This document shows positions 1 to 11,900 of a DNA stretch of 64,000 nt, in pieces (position 1 is the stretch's first letter; each line of letters opens with the position of its first letter). The translations under genes and the position numbers were made by a program. The notes under the pieces are model-generated. The model was not told the origin of the DNA, ran no database searches, and was given only the letters and a program-made list of their open reading frames with translations. The stretch is from Amoebophrya sp. A120 (lineage: Eukaryota > Protista > Dinoflagellata). The stretch lies in the NCBI GenBank assembly GCA_905178155.1, contig CAJINV010000010.1, positions 1,378,094 to 1,442,093 on the forward strand, in the 5' to 3' direction.

Positions 1-200
1 CCTAAGGGCTCCTTAGGAGCTTCCTAAGGAGCTCCTTAGCAGCTCCCTTAAGCGAGAACGCCTTAAGCGAGCCCGCCTTAAGGCGTACCTTCTTAAGCGA
101 GGACGCCTTAAGATAATTTTGCTTAAGGCTTTTCCTTAGCAAGCCCTCTTAAGGGACAACTTCCGTAAGGAAGCTTCCTTAGGGGCTCCCTTAGGAGTGA
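1..200. repeat. Array of short palindromic CCTAAGG/CCTTAGG/CTTAAG motifs, truncated by the window edge
   Basis: The motif recurs every 10-20 bp throughout 1-196. Confidence 0.75.
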
Positions 201-474
201 AAAAACCTTTGCCACTATTATTATATTATGCTCCTGTGTAGATGAATGGACATCATACCAGCGGACAACCTCTCCACCTCTTACACAGAAAGAAAAAAAT
301 TACCTCGATAGAATAAAGACAGCATGCGGCGCTTCAGATCATCGACCATGTTGTAGTAGTTCTTTTTAGGAGAGAGCACAAACTTCTGCGCCAAAAGTCG
401 ATAAAGCGGAAGCCTCTCTGAACCATGCAGACTTCTTCTCTTTTTCAGCCCCAGATCGATGACATCAGATTTGC

Positions 475-3400
475 ATGGCACAAAACTCTTCATCTCCAGA
501 GCTGCAAGTGCAAGGACAACCTGTGCTACTCCCTGGAGACGAACAACCCCAAGACCGAGATGAACAAGAGCAACATCATGACCGCGCGGCACAAGAACAA
601 CTCCACCCAGGACGAGGAGAGCAGGTCGTCGAGATGGGTTTTTTTTCCGGAGCGGGAGCTGCACACGGTCGCGGTACAACGAGGACTTTTGGGAAATATG
701 ACCAGGAACAAGATGCACCCGAGGGATCGCGGAGAAATCCAAATCCTCGTGCCAGAGAAGGAAGAAATACTGAACGAGGCGTCGCTGTACTACCGCAGGA
801 GGACGAGGACCAAAAATCTTCAACCGCTGCACTTGCACGATTTCTGAACATTGTGCCAACACATCTACCGACTGGAGGCTCTGGTAGCCCGCGCAGCAGC
901 GCCGGCGAATTAGATCATGATCGTCTCGAAGGCTCTCGTCAAAGTGGAGACGTCGAGTCCATCTCTCCTCCCGGTTCGCCGAAATGGAACGCAGAAATTT
1001 CGCCGGATATGGGAGTGTCAGGATCGAAATCGACAAAATCGAAAAAATTGCAATGCATAAAATGTAGAGCGCGCTGCATGGCCTGTGTTGGGGAGCAAGC
1101 AAATGAACCTGTTTAGGGGTTCACGGCCTTTCGATTGCAAGCCTGTTTGGGGGAAGGCGATGTGCTGCCAGAGCAGCATCACAAGAGCAGTCTCCTTTCC
1201 CCGAACAGCATGACAGACTGGATTTTTGTGCTCCTAAAATTTGTCATGCGCCGCTGGGAAACAGAGGCTCCAACTGGTATCGATTTTATGCATCACAAGT
1301 TTCATTTCGATTTTGTCGATTTCGATCCTGACACATCTATACCGGACCTGCAGCGGGTATTGTGGGGCATGATGGACAGCGATGAAGATCCCGATCCGGG
1401 TATTGAGAGGAAAAATCCTTCCTCCCCATATCAAAAGGCAATTTCTGATGCTGGATTTGTGTACACAATTGCAGAGAGGCATTGCGGGCAGATCGCCAAG
1501 CTAGGTAGGGGCGTATGGGTCTAGTTGCTCAGCATGGCAAACGGCTCCCCTTTAGGCCCAACAGCGTGGCCAATCGCTTCCATAATGTGGCGGAAGCTTC
1601 TGCCCTTGTCTCCTTGCAAGACAGCTGCGATTTGTGGCCTCAAATCAGCAGCGCAAATTTTCGGAAACATGCCTTTTCAATATGGGGAGGGGGGATTTTT
1701 CCTCTCAATACCGGGGTTCTTGCTGCCCCTTGGGCTGATCCGCGAGGAATCTCCCGGCCCCGGGGGGTCGGACATGCCGTATGTTTTTGAAATGGATACA
1801 TCTTTTGAAGAAGGCCGCGAGGCAACCGCGTCGGGACATAGCCCAGGAGATGATGAACTACAAGCAGGTGGAACAACTAGTACTACACCATCGGGTGAAC
1901 TACAACAAGAACTTCTACAGGCTGAGCACAAGAAGAGCTCGCCGTTTCTTCAGACTGGTCCACCGACGACGTCCTCACCGGCCCACGTTTACAAGGATTT
2001 GCAATCTGCAAAAGCCGCAGAAAAAGAAATGATGTTCCAGCACCGCGACCATGCGGCTGAAGTAGAGGCACAAGAAGCTCGCGCCGCCGTGTTGGCACAA
2101 CGGCGCGGGGATCTGCACATAACAATAGAAAAGCAGTACTGCAGCAACTAGAAACAGTTCGAAGAGGCTTGGTTGAAGAGCTGGAGCGTGCTTTTTTTGG
2201 GGCTGGTTGTTCCCGGAAGTGCAGCCAACGCGCTAACGCCGCGCGATGATGGCAAGCAGCTTGATGGCAACAAAGTACAAAAACAAAAAGGAAGAGCACG
2301 CGTAGCCAGGAACATAAAATGAATAAGAAAAAGCGGCCAGCAGAGCGACCGGCCCACCAACTGCAGCCCAACGCCTAGTGCGCCAGATCCGGCCGGCCTC
2401 TGTAGTGCCAAAAGCCGGGTCAGGTAGAGGTAGATAAGGGCACGCGCTTCCGCTTGGTGCGCCTCACGGTAGGCGTGCCGTCTACCTTCTAGGAAATGGA
2501 AAGCAGACCCGCGCCGGGCGGCCTCCCCTCCTGCTACTTCAGCTACCCAGCAAGCGCGGGCAGCTAGGGCGAGAACGCCAGCGAACCTTTGCGGCCCGCA
2601 AGTAGGTTTTTGTTTTTAGGTGCGACTCCTGGCCGCCGCGTTGGTACTCGTCGTAGCAGGTGGCCGCCCGGCGTGGAAAGAAAACGCTACAACCTGTCGA
2701 AGGCACCTGCGCCGCTGCAACGACGTAACCTCTGCGGCGGCTCACATCTGTTGCCTTCGCATCAGCCCGCCGCTGTGCGCCGAGAGTTTCTCTTGCGTAT
2801 GGTCTTGGGCTTGTTGTGTGCATGCTTTTCCATCCGGGTTGCCCTTCGGCGAGGCTTGGCCCGATATCCTGCAGCAAGCAGCAGGACCACGCAGCTGCTG
2901 GTGGTTGCCTCCCAACAAATCTAAGTAAGAGGCACGCCTGCCAGTGGTGTTTTTGGGTTAGTTTTACTCTCGGCACCGGCGGCCACGCCTCACAGCATGG
3001 AGGCAACAGCCATGCGGCTGGTTGTTTCTGATGTGTTAGCCCCAGCCCCACCGCGGTTGGTTCGTTGATTCTGTGCTCCCGGTATTGGGCTTCCTAGGCA
3101 AGCACCAGGGGCAACAGGAACAGACCGGCCGGGTAGCTGCAGCTGATTAGTGTGAGAAACGATAAAAAAGCCTTTTGGCTGTCGAACTGTAGGTGCTCGC
3201 TATAGGCGGAAGCTGTAGAGCTTAGGCTCTAGAGCATCACCAAACAGCTGTAGAGATTTAGCTCTAGAGATTGAGCTCTACAGGATTTCGAGCTCTAGAG
3301 GCGTTCGCCCTGATCCTTATCAACCTTTTTTCGCAGTAGCGAGCGTGGTGATTCAAAAAAAAATATTAGAAAAAAAAAGGTCATCTCTAGAGATTTGATC

Positions 3401-6400
3401 CTTCTTGGCCCAGGTTTGAGCCTAGTCTGCACCACAGCAGCATGCAGATTTCAAAAATAAAGCAAGTAGCCTTCTTTGAGCCTTTTTCGCTTTCAGGTTT
3501 GACCCTAGTTGCTGCAAGTACTATAGTTCTCTTGGCACCACGACCATGCGGCTGAAGTAGAGGCACAAGAAGCTCGTCAGCCGTATGGAGTTCTCAAATG
3601 TTACATTCTCAACTGTTACATGAATTTGTAATGCAAGACTGGCAAAAGTGAAAGGAGGAAGATTGCGCCTTTTGCATTACAAGTTTGGCGCAGATTTAGG
3701 TGCGGCGTAGCCCTTCGCAAATTTGTCATGCAGAGCAGCTTGATCCTGAGGATGATGATCGTGCTTTTGCATGGCAAATTCATGCAACAGTTGAGAATGT
3801 AACGTTTGAGAACGCCATAAGCCGTCCTACCACGAAAAGAATCTGAGAGTTCCAACACCGATGGTGCCAGCCTACGGAGGACTTCTACATGAGCTCCTGT
3901 ACGAGGAGAATGTACCGTTTTTTCGTTTGGAAGAGCACTCAGATGTTCTTCCGGTGGAAGAAGGACCACTACAAAGCGACGATGTTCATCCGCCAAGAAA
4001 GGCAAAGCATGACACGAGCAGGACCACTTCTCGGGCAAGTCAACATTCTGAAGGGCCGCGGCCACGGGCGGGCTCAGTATCTTCATCTGCCGCGACCGGA
4101 TCCTCTATGGCATTCTCAAACGTTACATTCTCAACTGTTACACGATTTGTCATGCAAAAAGAACATGAGCCGCCAGACGATCAAGCTGCTTCGCAAGACA
4201 CATTACCGAAGGGCTAAACAGCATCTAAATCTGTGCCAAATTTGTGATGCAAGACTTGCAACCCTGCCCCTTTCCCTATTGCTGTTTTTGCATCACAAAT
4301 TCGTGTAACAATTGAGAATGTAACGTTTGAGAACGCCATATCCTCGGTGGGCGGAGTAGGTCTTGCTCGTCCCACTACTCCTACTTGTACCGCTGAGTTG
4401 TACAACCATCAACGTCGGAGCGGCAGCAAGAGCATGAGCCGAGGCAGCAGTATCTTCAACGCCGCTTCAGCCCAGGCGTCCCCTTTGCGGACCGCCACGA
4501 AAACCCCGTCCCCACAGCTTCAGTACGCAGCCATGATGAGCCGCGCCACGAGTAGTGGTCACTTGGGCTTCGTTATTCCAGAAGCTGCCAAAGTTATGAA
4601 CTCCCCGCCAAATAACTTGGGGTCCGGCCCCTCCGGCAGAACTTCACCATTGCACGTGCTGCGGCAAACGGCGATGACGTCTTCGATTGAAATCGGTGGG
4701 CGGGAAAGTCCTCCGCCAGCTTTTTCTTGTACACAGGAAGAAGCTGCAAAAACTGATCGTCAACTTCAGGCCGTCGAGCTGGATGAAACAGAAACATCTT
4801 CGCGTGAGGAGAAGAATGTGAATGGAAATACAAGGCGCGTTTGTGTTGAAGAACAAACACTCGAGGACCATCATGAGCAAGAGGAGCAGGAGCGGATCCT
4901 GCTTCCGCAGCCGGATGATGTTGATATGAGCCATCTTCATGGTGAAGAACAAAAAGATGTTGAACAAGAAGTTTATAATTTTCCCGCCCCGGTGGCAGTG
5001 TCGCCGCAGCTACTGCAGGCGTGTGGACAAGCTGCAGCAGATCATCCTGGAGTTGGGGGGGCAGCTTCTGGAGAAGTAGAACTTGAGATCGAGAGAGTGG
5101 CCAGTCCTGAGCTAGCCGACGGTGCCTACACCAATTTAACCAGCCGCACCAACACGCCGCTGCAGCTTTTTGCGAACACCAATCAGCAGGACAACAACTC
5201 ATTTGCAGCTGGTGGATCTGATTATTATAGCACGAACGTATCCTGTGGAGGTGGTGGTGAACATACGCCGAAACATGATCATCAGCGTCAGCAATTATCC
5301 TCATTTTGTTCCCAGGACGAGAAGAAGGCGGTTTCTTGTACTAGTGCGCCGATCGCGGAAGGCAAGATGAAAATGCACGTCGGTGGCTCGTCCTCTTCGT
5401 CGTCGGCATCTTGCTTCCGCACCGGGGTCGCAGCAGCACGAGCTGGACCAGGTGGTATTCAAGAAGAGAAGTTGTCACCACTTCCGGCCACTCCGACTAC
5501 TTCCCCACGCTACGCTTTTGACCGAGCGAACTCGGGAGAGGGAAGCGTGGAGGAAAACTACAAGAACGATAATTCCGATCTGCCGCCCACAGTCGACCTC
5601 GACCAGTTCTGTTGTAATCCAGCTGATGCTTCTACTAGTGAACAGCATGGTGATGTTCTGCGTCATCTTCGTCTTGACCAGCGTCAAAATCATGAAGAAC
5701 CGCATAAGAAGCCGCTGCTTTATCGCGATCGCCGGAGCTCCTCCTGCACCACTGGTGGCGCTCCTGGGGTTGTTCTTCCACTCTCGGCTGGGGCCGCTGC
5801 ACCGTCGTCCTCTTCGCATTGTACTATTCAGGAGCGTCAACACATGGTGCAGCAACAGCCGGTTCCAGCGCGAAGCGTGCCGCCGATTCATGATTTGTTT
5901 GAGGATGTTGACCACGAAGATGGTGAACAAGATCAACAATACCATGCATACAACAGCTATCGGTGCGGGACCCCTCCTCAGACTCCTTACCCCATTACCG
6001 CGTTCGACGCGCACACGACATTTTTCCGCGCGCCCTTGTCTTCCAGCTCTTCCAAACACTCGGAATCCGCCCTTTCGCTCCCGTCGGACTGCAGACCGAG
6101 CCCGTCGGTGTTGTCGGCCCCGGACCCATCTTTTTTCAGCGACATGCAGCACAACACCTACCCCGCTAGGCGGATTAGTTCCGCGCCGGCGCTGTCCGCT
6201 TTAGCCAGCAGACGCAACAAGCGCGACTTGCCGGGCTTGCAGATAATTTTCCGGCAGAGAAGCGGTACGGGCTCTGTTTCCCCCTCGTGCTCTCCGACTC
6301 CTCTTTCCGCGGCGACGTTGCCCGGTGCAGGAGCTTCCGGGCGACAGGGTGGACAACATCCTGTCGTGAACAAAAACATGCATCACGATGCTAAAGCTCA

Positions 6401-8639
6401 TCCAGTTTCAGAAGCCGCTTGTTCTGTCGTGCCTTCTCATGTCGCTGCTGCTGATCATCTTGTTCCAGGAGGAGTCGTGTTGCCCCTCGGCACAACAATC
6501 GGAAAACAAGAAGAGCAAGGAGCTGCAAAAATCAGCTTTTTGGAGTCGTTAGCTGCACGCGGACCATCAGCTACTTCGTATGCGGGCGGAGCGATCGGCG
6601 AGGATCATCGTGAACATCCCCAGGAACTACAGCAGAGTGATGCAAGCTACCCTGCTTCTCACGGGACGATGTCGAGCACCAGACCTTTTTTGACTGGGAG
6701 ATCCGCTGCACCCTGGCCCTGCAGTCAGGATTGGACGAACTACGGAAAGGCAAACGCGCTTTTGCAATTCCAACGCGGAAATCGTGTTGAACAACATCAG
6801 ACGGAAAGCACACGCGTCGAACAATATCACCAGCCAACAACCGCTCCTGGCATTAAAAATCAGATGCAAGAAGAACACCAGCAGGCACTGCACCACCTCG
6901 AGCTGCAACAGCAGCAACGTCCAACACATGTTGGCGCGTATTACGTCGGAGGAGGTAGTAGTGTGCCATATAATTACAACAACGGAGGAGGAGCACCACC
7001 TCCACCTGCTGGTGCGCCAACTACATCATCTTCGCACGACGTTCTATACCAAGCGCTTCAATTTCAACAACACATCGCACAGCCCCCACCAGCCCTGGTC
7101 GTGCGCAACAAGCCGTCCTGGACTTCTGCGGTCCAGTTACCGGGAGCGGACCTGCCGTTGCGGCAGATCACCGAAGTCGATGAGAAGTTAGAACGGCAAG
7201 AATCCGACGCAGGTACAGTAGTGTCGGTCCTGACGACGTCAAAAGCCTCCTCTGGTGGCCGTCGGGCGGGCGCTGGTGGAGGACCTTCTGGGGAAGTAGA
7301 AACCCTTATTTCTGGAGAGCGGTCGCCGGTCAGTTCCCCGGAGGTTGAAAGTTCGCCGTCGCTGCCCTCACCAGTCCTTCCGCAGGAATATGGATATGTC
7401 AGGATCGAAATCGACCAAATCGAAAAATTTGTGATGCATAAAATGTAGGGCACTGAAGGCCTGTATTGGGGAGCAAGCAAATGAGGCCGATTGTAAGCCT
7501 GTTTAGGGGCATGCAATGTGCTGCCAGAGTAGCATGACAGGAGCAGCCTTCTTTGCCCAAACAGAATGACAGACTCGATGTGGGTGCCCCCGAAATTTGT
7601 CATGTGCCACTTGAAAACTGGGGCTCCAACTGACGTCGATTTTGTGCATCACAAGTTTTTCGATTTTGTCAATTTCGATTCTGACACTTCCATAAGGAAG
7701 AGGATGTTGATATGGCGGGCTCTGAAACTGCGCCGCATAGTATGTTGACACGGGGGGCACAACGAGGACCAAGAGGTCCTCGGACGAGGGCGATGAATGT
7801 GACTCTGCTACCTATTGAGGCTGTGGGCGGTAGTAGCAAGAATGAAACTACTAGCTCAGCAGGATCACGTGGCGCCGCCACCAATTCTTCTGGAGCAGAA
7901 AAAGTGCATTCAGCAACGAGATTGAATGCCGCGACAGCCCCAAATTCAACAGCTTTTCGTTGTAACAAAGTTCAAGCTTTTATGGACACACTCAACGGCA
8001 TCGTCGTGCGGAACCCACCTTACGTACATCCGAAAGTGACCATGGCCGAGCGACGAGCGGTAGTGGTGCAGCGAAGGGCAGAAGAGGAGGACCGGAAGCG
8101 GAAGGAGCTATTTGAACAGCTGAAACACAACACACTGAGAAATCCGGCGATAATTAATGCGAATATCCTGTGCAAAAGTATCGTATTCGTATAAATGCAA
8201 GCCTTGCATTACAAATCTTTGTCTTAAGGTAAATCCGCATTACAAATTTCATTTCTCATGCTGAGAAAATTTGTAATGCATTTCTACGAGTGCGATACTT
8301 TTGCAATTCATAGCGAATTTCCTGGACCAATCTCCGGAGAGCGTGCTCGAATATCAAATGTAAAAATGTCTGGGTCGGTCTGGAAGAATGCATGTTTGTC
8401 ATGCTTGTCTGGCATGACTCTTAAATCTGTCATGCACGTTACCCAAGAGCCCCACTTTTCTGTCATGCAAAAACGCAGTTTGTCATGCAGAATAGGCATC
8501 ATATAGAAGCTCAGAAACTTGTCATGCTGAGCCAGCACCTGTGGCCTCCTCATGATACGCCACCCAGCATCACAAGTTTCCAGACCCAGACACTTTTACA
8601 ATCCATATCGAAGATTTAGACGCCATTGACGCTGCCTAA
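475..8639 (+). CDS. Gene 1: large low-complexity (S/Q/A/P-rich) hypothetical protein, interrupted by 7 short TIR elements and one 1.5-kb insert
   Basis: ORFs 475, 1135, 1525, 3861, 4347 and 7712 join in frame after removing each element +5 nt and 2082-3576 (EISPD|LQRV, DPG|FLLP, EAR|QP|SYHE, TGSS|VGG, PQE|EDVDMAG, NAN|FLDQ, VLE|DLDAIDAA*). Stop at 8637-8639. The start is uncertain, and it could be two genes if 2082-3576 is not removed. Confidence 0.7.
1008..1341. mobile_element. TIR intron-like element, family A
   Basis: TAT..ATA, TIR GTGTCAGGATCGAAATCGACAAAATCGAAA, TSD CCGGA/CCGGA. Confidence 0.95.
1401..1710. mobile_element. TIR intron-like element, family E
   Basis: TIR TATTGAGAGGAAAAATCC, TSD CCGGG/CCGGG. 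Confidence 0.95.
2123..3534. mobile_element. Large TIR element between two copies of a 42-bp direct duplication (2040-2081 and 3535-3576)
   Basis: Imperfect IR CAATAGAAAAGCAGTACTGCAGCAACTAG (2123-2151) versus 3505-3534. The repeat has 1 mismatch. Internal AGAGCTCT/CTCTAGAG array at 3210-3390. Confidence 0.7.
3584..3819. mobile_element. TIR intron-like element, family B
   Basis: TIR TATGG.GTTCTCAAA.GTTACATTCTCAACTGTT, TSD AGCCG/AGCCG. Confidence 0.95.
4106..4340. mobile_element. TIR intron-like element, family B (opposite orientation to 3584)
   Basis: Same TIR, reverse-complement core, TSD TCCTC/TCCTC. Confidence 0.95.
7389..7694. mobile_element. TIR intron-like element, family A
   Basis: TSD AGGAA/AGGAA; homologous to 1008-1341. 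Confidence 0.95.
8164..8312. mobile_element. TIR intron-like element, family C
   Basis: TATNNNNTGCAAAAGTATCG ends, TSD GCGAA/GCGAA. Confidence 0.95.
8352..8607. mobile_element. TIR intron-like element, family H
   Basis: TATNNNNTGTAAAA.TGTCTGGGTC ends, TSD TCGAA/TCGAA. Confidence 0.95.
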
Positions 8640-8948
8640 GCCTGGGACAAGATGAACCTATTGAGTCCGTCGTGGTGTCATGCTGGAAATGATTTGTCTT
8701 TGCCCTGCAGTGATCTTCATCTCCGCTAAATCCTATACCCTGGATCGCACATCACAGGGAACGCAACCTCGCACGCTCATCACATAAACGAGCTACAGTC
8801 GACGTGTTGATGTTGCGCGGAGTTCTGTCTTGTTGTCATTTTTTCCCATGTCGCATCACAAAGTTTGGGAGAACGACGATATATCACGCTTACCTAGTAC
8901 TCAAGTGCGGTTGGTGGTCACTATGTCGATCAGAAAGATGTAGAGTAG

Positions 8949-11900
8949 ATGCAGAGGCTTGTATATTTTCATCCCGTTCTTGTTGTTCATGTTCATCACG
9001 ACCCCGTGTCGCTGACTCTCAGACAGTTCTTCCATTTTCATAATTCAGACGAAAGCCTTCGTACCAGCTTCCAACGCAGCGTGAGCGAGACCATCGGGCA
9101 TCAAGCTGACAGTATGGCAAGCCTGGGAAACCAGCGACAGCAGAACCAAGTTGCAACCCGGATGTCGGCGCTCCACAAGTTTCGCGCAGTGATGAGCGTC
9201 CTTCCGAGCCTAATGAACGATTTGGCGGCGCGGTGGGTGGTTCCTAGTCTCGGACAGAAGAACATGATTAAAAAGAGCAGTGGTCTGATCATGAAGCGGG
9301 GAGGTGGTGCAGCTTCAGCTAGTGCTAGTGTGGGCATCAACATTCCTAAAAGCAGCACTGCTGGCACTGTGCGTCGACCACACTTGGAGGCCACACAGGA
9401 GGAGGAAAGCGAAGAGGAAGATGATGCAGCAGGTGCTGTTCATGCAGATAACGCAAAAGACGCATTTAGCACTGATGTTGGCCTTGACCCTGGTACTAGT
9501 GCTGGTGACACCGGGTCGCTCATAGGCACGGAAGCGGCTGCGATGTCGACTGCAGCAGAGGATCGTGGTGAGGAGGGCCAAAAACTATTTCCGGGTCGTG
9601 CCACGAATCAGCGGTCGCCAGCTGCTGGAGTCCACCGACGCACTTCTAGAGCGGTTGGGCCGGGAGAGGCGATTGAGCTGGACGATGACCCAGTTCATTT
9701 CTTGGGGCGAGAACAAGAAAAAGCTCATGATCCAGACAACGAGTTAGTACCAGAGCAAGTGCAAGGGCAACAAGAACCGCACGGTGAAGTACATCAAGAT
9801 CAGGATGGGCTTTCCTCGACATCCTGCTCCCTTTGCGGGCAAGAGCACCATCAGGACTCGCACGAGCAGCCCTCCGCGCTGCATAAAATGCTGGACGTCG
9901 CAATCAACCAGGTTCTGCAGAACTACGTTGTTTACCCACTTGTCCGGGGGCTCGACACGGTGGAGGAAAAAATCATCGAGCACAGCAGGCGGTCCAGCGC
10001 GCAGAACAGCCCGAGCCTTTCGTTTCAGCACCAAGCGCCCTCGTTTTTCATGCGAACTACTAGTGCGGAGGAGGACCACATCAACTCGGGGACTAATGAT
10101 GGAAAGGATGAAGACGGTGTTGCGCACGGAGCTCCTGAGCGAGATCTTCAGCACATAATGCCTACTGCTTCTACTAGCGCAGCCGCCGGAGGACCACCAA
10201 CATCATCAAATGTTGTCCCAGCAAACGCGCAACAATCGCAGAGCCTGTTGCAATTGAAGATCAACCGCAACAAATCTGCTCCAGCAGGACTGAATCAATT
10301 GGGAAAGAGGACATTAAACGATGGCACTAGTGGGTGTAGTCCTGAGCAGCAGTCGAGCTGCGGTGCGAGCAACCTGAACGACCCGACGGAGACTTCTGAC
10401 TCTGCCACGGTGACATCCGAGCTGACGGCCGGCGTACCTGACCTGGCGCCGGATGACCCTTTGCTACAGGCTTTAGGAGCTGCTTCTCGGCAGGAGCTGC
10501 AACTCGCAGGTGGAGGTGGAAATTCGCATCATCATCAGCTCGTACAACGAGGAAATGGACATCAGCAACCTGCTCCGGCGACACCGTCGAACTCATCAAC
10601 CCGTGGGGCTACCACGTTGATGTCCAGTATGAATCTGAGCACGGTTCTTGGCCCGCGGCTCTCCGCTTTACTGACCATGTTCGTGGAAGCCGACGCGGCG
10701 GACGGTCTGGAGCTGCAGCGCTCCCGCCAGGAAACCGAAGACCGTATGCGCGAGATGCTCTACGCCGGAGTGCGCCGGTGTGGGCTTTTACCCTCGGTGG
10801 AACATCAACCAGAGAAAGACGGCAAGAATTTGGGCCAGGTCCCGGTCGCGCGGAGACAAAGCGAGCCGGGGAATATGGGTAGCGCCTTGCGGATATCAAA
10901 TGTAAAGATGTCTGGGTCTGGAAACTTGTGATGCTGAGTGGCGTAGCATGAGGAGGCCACAAGTGCTGGCTCAGCATGACAAATTTCTGAGCTTGTAGGT
11001 GTTGCCTATTCTGCATGACAAATTGCGTCTCCCCATGACAGAAAAATGCGGCTCTCTGGCAACGTGCATGACAGATTTAATAGTCATGCCAGACAAGCAT
11101 GACAAACATGCATTCTTCCAGGAGACCCAGACACTTTTACATTTGATAGCGGAAGCAAGAAGGTGAACACATGGTGAATCAGAAACAGCTGTTACAGCAG
11201 AGCGGACGCGGGTCGTCTTCTTGTGCGGATGTACTAGAACAAACGGCTTCAAGATCATCATCTTCAAATCAACTTGAACGAAGGGCCAGCACGGGTACCT
11301 CCGCAGCGAGCCATTTGGCGTCTAGCGTACCAAAATCGTCGCTGACCACGCTTCCAGGCGGAGCAGGAGCGAGCAAACCTCCACTTCTGCTGCACCGGGA
11401 GGACAATTCCAGAGACCTGCGAACTACAAACAAGGATAGCGCCGGCTCTGTGGGAGCAGGTGGCTCGGTTGATGCCAGAACATCAAGTTCTAGTGGCAAG
11501 GACGGCACGGCAGGAGCAGGGTCATCTACTTCAGCAATCCCGTTGTACGAGCAGCAAGGTCGTGCTGCTGCAAACAACGGTGGGAAAGGGAATCATGCTG
11601 GAATATTAGATGAGTCTGACTCATTCCCCTCAAACTATGATGCCGATCTGCTGTTTCTCCCGGCCTCCCGATACAAGCTAAGTTTGCCCGTGATTCGCAA
11701 GATGCTCCTCACGATGCACGCCCTGCACCGACGGGCGCACCTTTGTCATGACGACTTTTCCCCGAACTCTTTTCGGATTGACAGCGAAGGAAATCCGATG
11801 CTAATCTCGCTCGAAAGCGCCAAGAAAATTGAGGTATGATAGAAAAGATCATAGTAGCGGCTTTTCAACATTTTCTTTTTCGGGTCTGGAGAGTCAGTGC

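Noticed and set aside
1-200. CRISPR array or telomeric repeat
   Set aside because: No constant repeat-spacer period, no cas genes, and not a perfect TTTAGGG/TTAGGG tandem array.
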